Assembly (NCBI RefSeq): GCF_009914755.1 | Contig: NC_060929.1 | DNA length: 64,000 nucleotides | Source of the DNA: the human T2T-CHM13v2.0 reference genome, Homo sapiens | Strand: one strand, 5' to 3' | Shown: positions 55,092-64,000 of the stretch, in pieces | How positions within the stretch are numbered: the first letter of the stretch is position 1 | How the letters are laid out: each line of letters starts with the position of its first letter | Made by a program: the position numbers and the translations under genes | The notes under the pieces: model-generated | Database searches by the model: none | The model's input: the letters and a program-made list of their open reading frames with translations, nothing else | Told to the model about the DNA's origin: nothing

Positions 55092-55935
55092 TCATTCTTT
55101 CATTTAACAGATCTTTCTTGTACTCTCTATGTAGCAGGCACTAATCTAAATTGGAGGGGAGAAAGGGGCAGACAGGACAGGAGTGAGTGAGGCAAAGTCT
55201 ACCCCACAAAATGTCTACACCACAAAAAGTCTATGCCACAAAAAATTCACATTCTAATTGGGAAAGCAGACTATAAACAAGTATGCAAATGCATAATATA
55301 CATAGTAAGAATACATAGTAATACATAATATACATATTAGGAATAAAATGTGTACAAAGAATAAATAGTAAGAATAAAACATTCTGGTAAGAAATTAAAG
55401 TAGGATAGGAGGGGAGAGAACACTGGGATGAGAATTAGTTTGATGTGAAAGGTAGCAAAGCCAGCAACATAAAGATCTGGAAAAAAATGGATTCCAAGGC
55501 CTGAATTAGAAATAAGAGGGGTTTATTTCAGAAATAGACAGAAGGCTAGTATAGTGAGGACCGTGAGTGAGGCAGAATGGTAGGAGAGGAGCGCCCAGAG
55601 GGAAACAGGTGGTGCAGGACCTTGGAGCTGAAAATGAGAATTGGATTTTGCTCCAAGGGTAATTATAAGTTACTGGAAAGTTTAATCAGGGTAATGCATT
55701 ATCAGAATTATTAATATGAATTAAATTGTTCTTCTGGCTACTGGGTAAAGGGGAAAATATTTGTGAGCCTGAGTAGAAACTGGGAGACCAGGTAAGAGAG
55801 GAAGAATGTAGTTCAGGTGAGAAATAATGTACATTGGACTAGGAGGGTAACAGTGAGGAGTGAAAAGGGAAAATTCAGAAAATATTCAGCAAGTAGAACT
55901 GACAAGACTTGCTGATGCAGTGGGTATGAGGTTGG
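55092..55935 (-). mobile_element. L2 LINE
   Basis: TCATTCTTTCATTTAACAGA...CTATGTAGCAGGCACT...GGGAGACCAGGTAAGAG...TTCAGGTGAGAAATAATG...ACAAGACTTGCTGATG. Confidence 0.8.
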
Positions 55936-58499
55936 CAGTGTTTAGTCCAGGGTCAACATACAGAGCAGATGAAATCCCAGAGAGACAACCTTAACACACT
56001 GAGGTATTGAATAAAATATTTTTGTTTTATCCTGAGAAAATGCAACTTTCCTTAAAAGAGCTGGCCTTTCAACAGGATGACCTGTCAGAGGATAAAGGGA
56101 GTCACAGAATCCTTTGTGAAGAATTTTTAGCTAATAATTCTTTTAAGTGGCTAATCAAGAAGTGGAGACAGAAAAAACAAAAGATGATAATTTCGTAATA
56201 AATACTATTTTATGAACAGTGTAAATGATCTGATTTCTAAATCACAAATGTTTAAGATTTCTTTTTTTATTTTGTCTCAGACTTTCACTTTGTCCCTGAA
56301 CAAAAAAAAAATTGACAATTTAAAAATTTATAAGACTAGATTGGTTAAGTTGAAAGTATTCTCTTAGAGTAGGATGCGAGCTATATTTTATTTGAATTAT
56401 CAGGTACTATCAGCAATGTAGACATTTGGAGAAAGAAGTGCATATCAGAAAATTGACAGCTTTGTGGATGGCTTGAAAGGTAGGAATAAGATATATTTTT
56501 TAAAAATACCAGAGAAAAGGAATGAAGCTTCCCAAATGCAGAGAACTTGGTGATTAAGCACATTGTCAATAGAGTCTGACAGTAGGTATGCAATAAGAGT
56601 TTGGGTATTTCCTACAAAGATGCTATTGCGCCAGGGAGATAAACACACATCCACCAATTTTCTCTTGGGTTTGATGAGTTTGCCCCAGTTCTTCCACAGT
56701 CAACAAGACTAGGATTTAATGGTATTATTGTTGATTTTACTGATTTTACTGGGAACATTTATCTGGAATATGGTGGGTTTGTAACAGATCACAGAGGGAG
56801 GAGATTCAGTATGTGATTGATAGATAAGCAGATAGATAGACACTGAAACAGCTGTGGCTAGGTTGTTGTAGGCAAATGGAAACTGAAAATATTTAATGTG
56901 CCACTAAATAAAATTTGTTTTTTACATGATAGCTTTTAGACATTCTTTGTAATTTTAGAAATTAAAGGCCAAAAAGAAACTGATGAATACATGGGGTTAA
57001 AAGCTTATTTGAAAACACTAAAATTTTAGCTCTCAATTCCTATTAAAAATCTCAGTGTAGGAAACTTCTAAAAATGAAGCATGATCAAAGAGCATGAGCA
57101 ATAAAAGTTTTTGTCAGAGAAAGCTTGACTTTCCTAACTTAAGCTAGACTGTCAGGTTCACCAGGAGCAATAGTGTAACTCATAGTTGGAACTTGAATTT
57201 ATCAAGTAGGGACTATGCATTAAAATAATTTCATTTAGTGTTCAAGCAACCCTAAGATGTGGTTATTATTGTAGACATTTCACAAGATAAGGAAGGAAAA
57301 TATTATCTGGAAGTGAAGTGGTGGAAGTATGATGCAAACTCATACTCTTTTCATGAAATTTCTACATCTTTCTCTCAGTAAGTCTCTTTGTTAGCAGTAG
57401 GGAATCTTCCATTAGTTAGAAAGAAATGACTAAGAGGCAGATTTCAGCTCCGAAGGTAAAAGGAAGCACTGTCTGCCCATTAAACACTCTCAAATAAAAT
57501 GAACTTTCCCAGAAGGTATTGAGATCTCATGTCTATGATTATATTCTGTAATCATGATGAAATAAATGATTAAGAATGGGATTTTATTAATAAATTCAAC
57601 TTATTATAAAAAAGGAGTAAGGTAAGTAGATGTCACTGATAATAGCATCCAAGGAAGATCAGGAAAGTTCAGACCCTAACCCCTTCACCTCTGTGCAGAG
57701 ACCTGAAAATCATCACTGTTCATCTTCCATTGCCTTGCAGAACAGTAAGGGTTGAAACTGAAGGCCGATTGTGAATACTATCCACCGGGAGCTTCTTATG
57801 AATTGACTCATGTTCCTCAGATAATAAATAACACTAAAAGACACCAGTTAGCTTCTGACCTCAAGGAGTGCTACTTTCATCTCCTGCAAGCTTTGAAAAG
57901 GGATCTGATACCTGACAACATCTTGACAAAAGCACATCCCATCTTCTGATGGAAGCTGAACCAAAATTATTGATGTCGCTAGTGATTCAGGGTACTCTAG
58001 ATTGTTTGGAGTCCTATATAAATACATTTAATAGACAAAAAAATTGCTGCCTTAATCTAAGCAGAAATGACCTTAGTAGATAGATACTGCTTACCCCACT
58101 GATGCATTAGAGCTATACTAGTTCTACTCCTAATTCTTGAGAAGCTGTGTTTTCTCTAATTTATTTCCTTTTTGATCTTCACCTATAGTTTTGCTAGGCT
58201 TATTTGTAACTTCTGTATCCATAAATAAATAATCGCTGTGGCTTTAGCATTAAATAATATCTATCTATTTAATATTTTGAGTCATCATTTTTATTGTGGC
58301 TAATGATAATGACTGGGAATTAACAGAAAGGTGACAGATTTCTAAAGATGCCTTTGAAAAATGGCTATTTGCCTCTGTCCTCTCACCTTTGAAAATAAAC
58401 TGTATTTTTTAATCTTTGTTATCAATGAATATTATAAGATCTGAACACTGTTATGCTAATATATATGTGTGCATCTATCATAAGAAATATAGAAAATAT

Positions 58500-59188
58500 T
58501 TATTACAACTATTGGCAAGAATGTGGAGTAACTGGAACTCTCTTACACTGCTGGTTGGAAAATAAAATGTTTTAAATACTTTGATGAATAGTTTGGTAGT
58601 GTCTTAAATTTTTAGATACACATCTACCAAATAATCTGTTATTCCATCCTTAACTATTTGTCCAGGAGAAATAAATATAATTTTCCATCCAAGATTTGTA
58701 TGAAAAAGTTCATATTAGCTTTATTTGTAATAACCCCAAACTGGAAACAACACAAACGCCCAAATACAGGTGAACAGTTAAAAAAAATGTGTTCTATCCA
58801 TACAATGGAATACTATTCAGCAATTAAAAGGAATGAATTATTGATGCAGACTACCATGTAGATGAATCTCAAAATTATTATACTGGTAAAAGAAGTACAC
58901 ACTGAGTGATTATATTAATTTAAAGTTCTTTAAGAAGGCAAACTAGTCTATAGTGACAGAAGCAGATCAGTGGTTGCCTGGGGAGCCAGCTGGAAGGGGA
59001 GGATGGGCATGGGAAAAGGAGGGATTATTAAGGGACAAGAGGAAATTTTGAGGGTTGACAGATTGGTTCACTATATTGCTTTTGGCAAAGCTTCTCTGAC
59101 AAATATTTATTTCAAAACTTACATTGCGTTTTCAATACATGCACTTCATTTTATGTCAATTTTATCTCAATAAAGTTGTTTTAAAACT
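58500..59188 (+). mobile_element. L1ME 3' end
   Basis: GGCAAGAATGTGGAGTAACTGGAACTCTC...AACTGGAAACAAC...GACAGAAGCAGATCAGTGGTTGCCTGGGG...CTCAATAAAGTTG. Confidence 0.9.
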
Positions 59189-60344
59189 ATACTACATAAG
59201 TGAGGTGCTTGTTTTTGAAGAAAAATATTTATACTTAAGTCAAAGGTCATAATTACATTTATGAAATTTGATTAATATTTTGTTAATATATTCAGAAGGA
59301 AGACTAGTCACTTTAAAAAAATACGCAAAATGCCAAACAACAGTCACAACAGAATATGTGTCATCCTGACAATACCTTCTGGTCTGTCCCCAGTGAGAAA
59401 ATTTTGGTTATAGAATTCATACAAGTCTTTTCAAAGAGCTGGTGTTGGAGATGTTGAAATAAAAGAAAAAAACCCTATGCATAACCTGTATTACAATGGA
59501 TATCATATTTGGTCTATGTTTAGCTCCATTTTGGTTCCAACTAACAAAAAGGAAAATGAATTTTCAAATAGAAACGAACCTTCTTTATAATGGAATCTGA
59601 ATCTGCTACTCTGTTATTGCTGTTTGCAATGAACCATTACCTAAGTCCCAATCATGTATCATGTAGTGATATTAGTAGTCACTCTGGATAGTACCCACCT
59701 CATGGAAATGATAGAATTGGAGTCTAGAAAACGTCTTTATTTCATGCTTCTCAACTGTGCTGTACTTCAGTGTGAAGAAACTCTTTTTTGTTCAGTACCA
59801 ATATTGCCTTCTCCTGGTAGTAGCCTCAGTACTACTGTATATCTTTCTATTTACTCTAAAGGTAAAAACAAAACAAAACAAAACCCTTTCATTTATTTGC
59901 ATTCCTGCTATTTCTTGTCATCTAAGAATTGTACTATATCACCCAGGTTCAGTTCTAATCGGATGCAGTAATACTTGCTGTTATAGTACAGAGTGAAAGG
60001 AGCTGCTGTCTGTAGGCTAGTATTTAGTTGTAGTTCTCCCTTGTATTGTAAGGTCCTCCTTTGTTGCAGGCATTTACTATTTTCAAACAGAAATTCAGTA
60101 AAGAGTTTCAAGTCTTCATGATACTTTGATACCTCACTGAGTAGCAGTGTGATATAGGTGGGATTAAACATCCAGATCCTGTCTGTGAAAAAGGATCTTT
60201 CTTCCAGGCATTAAAAAAGGCATTTCAGGTCAATTGATAATGACTTAACAACTCTGGGTACCCCCAGGAACCTCACCGTTTAATAACTTACTCAGAAGAG
60301 ACAGAGTATATCCAAAAGGTTAAAAACACAAACTTAAGGGCAGC

Positions 60345-60499
60345 TAGGGCTGGCTTTCTGGGTGTGCAACCTGTGCTTATAAGGATCCTGTTCTGTTTAA
60401 GGTTCTGTTGTCACTGTCTTGAAACTCTTAATGATTTTTGAACAAGAGGTTCCACATTTTCATTTTTCACTGGGTCTGACAAACTAGGTAGCCAGTCTT
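60345..60499. mobile_element. MER45A-like hAT-Tip100 DNA transposon
   Basis: AGGGCTGGCTTTCTGGGTGTGCAACCTGTGC...TCTTGAAACTCTTAATGATTTTTGAACAAG...TTTTCATTTTTCACTGGG...GTAGCCAGTC. Confidence 0.8.
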
Positions 60500-60682
60500 A
60501 CTTATGGCTCAATGCATAAATTGTGTGACCTTCTAAGAACAGGTTTCCTCATCCATAAAATGAAGATACTGTTGTACCTACCTCCCAGGATTGTTCTTAG
60601 GAGCATGTAAGAAAAAATTTAGCTCAATGTCTGACACATAGTAAATACTGAATAAATATTGGCTATTATCTTTGTTGTTATT
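60500..60682 (+). mobile_element. MIR SINE
   Basis: TGTGTGACCTT...GTTTCCTCATCCATAAAATGAAGATA...CCTACCTCCCAGGATTGTT...CTGACACATAGTAAATACTGAATAAAT. Confidence 0.85.
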
Positions 60683-60930
60683 GAATCATCAGGTTCATTT
60701 CTACGTGCTGTTTTAAAATGCCTATAAAACAGAAAATTTTACTTCAAAGATGTATATTAAATTTTGTAATGTATATTGGTGTGTTAACTTTTAAAATGTA
60801 CATGTAAATATTATAATTTTAAAATAGGTTATGTATATTAGTGACTTACATGCCATTTGCATGAATTTCCTCAGTAGAATTAAGTTTAAATTACACTGAA
60901 TTACTGAATCCCATATTTCAGAATGATCGA

Positions 60931-62461
60931 TGATGAAGAATACTTTAGGGTTCTCCTCACCTTGACTGAACTTCAGACAGGTTTCTTCTTGACTATAGGC
61001 TCCTGATCTTTTTATTAGAGCATTTACTTTAGATAATCTGCAATTATGTTCTTTTTCTTTATCCAATCCACTGTTGATGGGTTGATTCCATGTCTTTGCT
61101 ATTGTGATAGTGCTGCACCAATCGTGACTATGTGTGCCTTTTTGGTAGACGATTTATATTTCTTTGAGTATACACCCAGTAACTGGGTTGCTGGGTTGAA
61201 TGGTAGTTCTATTTTTAGCTCTTTGAGAAATCTCCAAACGGCTTTCCACAGGGGCTGAACTAATTTGCATTTCCACTAACGGTGGCTAAGCCTTCCCTTT
61301 TCTTCACAACTGTCCCAACATCTATTATTTTTTTTACTTTTTAATAATGACCATTTTGACTGGTGTGAGATGGTCTCTTATTGTGGTTTTGAATTGCATC
61401 TCTCTGATGATTAGTAATGTTGAACATTTGTTCATGTGTATGTTGGCCACTTGTATATCTTTTTTTGAGAGGTGTCTGTTCATATCCTTTGCCCATTTTT
61501 TAATCTGGTTATTTGGTTTTTGCTTGTTGATTTACCATTTGACCCAGCAATCCCATTACTGGGTGTATACTCAAAGAAAAATAAAACATTCTACCAAAAG
61601 ACACCTGCACTTGGATGTTCATTGCCATGCTATTCACAATAGCAAAGACATGGAATCAACTAAGGTGCCCATCAGTGGTGGATTGGATAAGGAAAATCTG
61701 GTACATATACTGCACAGATACTACACAGCCATGAAAAAGAGTGAAATCATGTCCTTTGCAGCAACATGGATGCAGCTGGAGGCCATTATCCTATGTGAAC
61801 TAACATGGGAACAGAAAACCAAATACTACATGTTTCACTTACAAGTGGGAGCTAAATCTTAGGTTCACATGGACATAAATATGAGAACAGTAGACACTGG
61901 GGACCCCAAAAGACAGGAGGAAGGGCTGAAAACTTCCTATTGGGTGATATGTTCACTGTCTGGGCAACAGGATCAATAGAAGCCCAAACCTCAGCACAAT
62001 GCAATATACCCATGTAACAACCTGCACATGAACCATCTGAATCTTAAAAAAATGGAAAAAATAAAAATAATAAATATAATGTTTTTCTGTTCCTTTGATA
62101 TGTAAATTTCCTCTGAGCCCCTGGCCAGTTTTACAACTTAGGAATGTCTTTTCATGGATCTGGAAGCCATGTCTTTGAAATATAATCACCAGAAAAAGAT
62201 TGCACTCCCATCCCCCAGTCTCTGTGAGAAGATAGGGGCCTAACTTCTTCAATAAGCAACAATTAGCAAACTCAGATGGCCTCACTGCATTGATCAACCT
62301 CCTTTCTAACATCTTCCAGTACTTGTTTTTCACTAACTCACTAACTCCTCCTGTCTTTTGTTTCAGTGGAGTTAAGTTTAGTCTTTTTCCCCTATTGCAA
62401 AAGTCTTGAATAATGTCTTCTCTGCCTGTTTAATTCTGTCTGGTGCACTTTTTCTTTGACA
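60931..62461 (+). mobile_element. ERV1 solo LTR (MER34/MER39-like) split by an L1 insertion
   Basis: TG...CA termini (TGATGAAGAA... and ...TCTTTGACA) with 4-bp TSD TCGA at 60927-60930 and 62462-62465; LTR-like halves at 60931-61050 and ~62076-62461. Confidence 0.8.
61052..62075 (+). mobile_element. Old L1PA/L1PB 3' end with a 5' inversion (twin priming)
   Basis: 61052-~61531 is antisense L1 ORF2; ~61532-62075 is sense ORF2 end, 3' UTR and A-tail (AAGCCCAAACCTCAGCAC...CCTGCACATG). Confidence 0.92.
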
Positions 62462-62499
62462 TCGAGGACACTTTAGGTGTAGGCTTTATGACATGCAGG

Positions 62500-62725
62500 T
62501 TGAAAGTGTGACCAGGGAACCAGGCTGTATGGATTAGATCCTGGTGACACTGTTTATCATATAGGTGTGTTTGGGCAAGTATCGATCTCTCTGAGTCTGT
62601 GTTTCATCATTTATATAACAGAAATATTAACAGTATCTATTTTATTGAGCTGTGAGAAATAATTGAGATATCCATTTATAGTGTTTAGCCAATTTAAGCT
62701 TGGCTAAATAAATGTTAGCTATTAA
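62500..62725 (+). mobile_element. MIR SINE
   Basis: GTGTTTGGGCAAGTATCGATCTCTCTGAGTCTGTGTTTCATCATTTATATAAC...AATAAATGTTAGCTATT. Confidence 0.75.
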
Positions 62726-62819
62726 GAACTATCGCAATATATGTTACCTGTTAATTGTAGTCACAGCATAAAAAACATATTATTTGGCCTTGGCTTTGGT
62801 CCTAGCTTTCAGCATCTCT

Positions 62820-63360
62820 TTTTATGACTACTGGAAGAGTTTGTGATTTTCTTTTCCAGCCTGCAGCTTTGACTACTCCTTCTGATCAATCCTTAACACA
62901 GTTTTTTTTCTCTAAACTACAGCTTCCATTATTTTTCCCATTCTTAGTACCCTTCAATACTTTCCCATTAATTTGAGGATAAAGTTTAAATTACATAGTA
63001 TTGCATTCACAGGGCATCCAGATATGGCCTGAGCCATTACTCCAGCTTCATTTCTAATGACCCTCCCAAATCTGGCCCCAGCCATCTCTCCAGCCTCATT
63101 TCTGGTGACTCCCAGATCTGGCCCCAGCCATGTCTCTAGACTCCAAACTTATTCCTTATAATGCTCCCACTCACATCTCTCTCAATGTACCCAGTCCCTC
63201 ATCATTCCAACTTCATCAGGGTCCTGGCAGCATTGTGTTATCTACTCAGTGGCTCACACCACTCTCTCTCTCTTTGCTGGAACATCTTTTTCTTTCTTAT
63301 TTCCCAGGTACGAAGCATCCAGTTTTTAAGATTCAGTCAAGTGTGAAATCCCCTGTGAAG
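62820..63360 (+). mobile_element. L2 fragment containing a ~45-bp tandem duplication
   Basis: GAGGATAAAGTTTAAATT...GCATTCACAGGGC...TTTGCTGGAACATCTTT...AAGATTCAG; duplicated CTCCAGC(T/C)TCATTTCT...ATCTGGCCCCAGCCAT at ~63040-63131. Confidence 0.6.
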
Positions 63361-63669
63361 TTTTTATGTTTGTTTATTTTTCTCCTAATTTTTTCTATAT
63401 CTTAATTTTGAAATAACTTGTGCTCATGGTTTAATATTTACAAAATTCAAAGATGAAACGTGGAGATAATTTTCTTCATATTTATTTCCTTTTCCATACC
63501 CCTTCTGAAATCTCTCCCTTGTCGAGTTTCATTTTATTCTTCTTTTTATTGCATTTATAAATATTTATACAGAAAAACACACTTGGTATACATGTTTACA
63601 CAAAATTATAGTCAGACTATACATACAATTCTAAAACTTGTTTCTTTTAAAAATGTATTTTGTGAGTGA

Positions 63670-63835
63670 TATCATTTAATCCCATAACGATTCCATGAAA
63701 TAGGAAAGAGTATTATCTCCTATTTTCCAACTGAGAAAACAGGTTCAGAGAAATTAACTCTACTGCTTAAGCTCATATGGATAGTAGTAACAGGCAGAGA
63801 TGGATGAAAAATTAACCTATCTGACTCTAAATTGC
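63670..63835 (-). mobile_element. MIR SINE
   Basis: TCATTTAATCCCATAAC...TATTATCTCCTATTTTCCAACTGAGAAAACAGGTTCAGAGA...TCTGACTCTAAA. Confidence 0.85.
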
Positions 63836-64000
63836 TTTATCTCAACAATGTTAATATGTGGGTAATCTCAGTAAACAAGAACTGGGCTGACAAGTTGGGA
63901 GAATCTGGAGAGGGTTGAGGGACCAAAGGTGCTGATAAGAACATCATGAAAGCTCAGCAAGAATAAGGTATGGCAGAGGTGAGATAATGGTAGGTGGTCA

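Noticed and set aside
55195-55244. Three copies of a 17-bp unit (AAGTCTAC.CCACAAA)
   Set aside because: Ordinary short tandem duplication inside an L2, with no spacers. Not CRISPR-like.
61347-61862. Longest ORF (171 aa)
   Set aside because: Chance read-through across the L1 inversion junction: antisense L1 followed by a frameshifted ORF2 remnant. Not a gene.
62684-62708. Small hairpins (TTTAGCCAA..TTGGCTAAA; similar 9-10-bp arms at ~5948 and ~10261)
   Set aside because: Arms are too short to exceed chance expectation in 64 kb of AT-rich DNA.

Overview
AT-rich primate genomic DNA, most likely human given the Alu, L1PA and THE1/MST content. It looks intergenic or deep-intronic. I see no credible protein-coding gene, RNA gene, CpG island or CRISPR array. 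The supplied ORFs are short, and many read through Alu, L1, LTR or simple repeats. Much of the window is recognisable interspersed repeat: Alu, L1PA/L1M, L2, MIR, MaLR/ERV1/ERVL solo LTRs, and MER2/MER33/MER45/MER53 DNA transposons. Family names are from recalled consensus sequences and need RepeatMasker/Dfam confirmation. The most unusual signal is a set of locally templated rearrangements: (1) a ~467-bp inverted copy (~97% identical) of 24773-25238 inserted into a MER2 about 1 kb away; (2) a ~204-bp direct copy of 38191-38396 inserted into a three-armed chimeric Alu; (3) a fold-back palindrome later hit by a young L1; (4) several short fold-back hairpins; (5) a twin-primed L1 with a large breakpoint duplication nested in an LTR. 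Repeat-free blocks carry dense POU, homeodomain, bHLH and PBX-MEIS motifs suggestive of developmental enhancers (inference only). I found no evidence for a new gene system.
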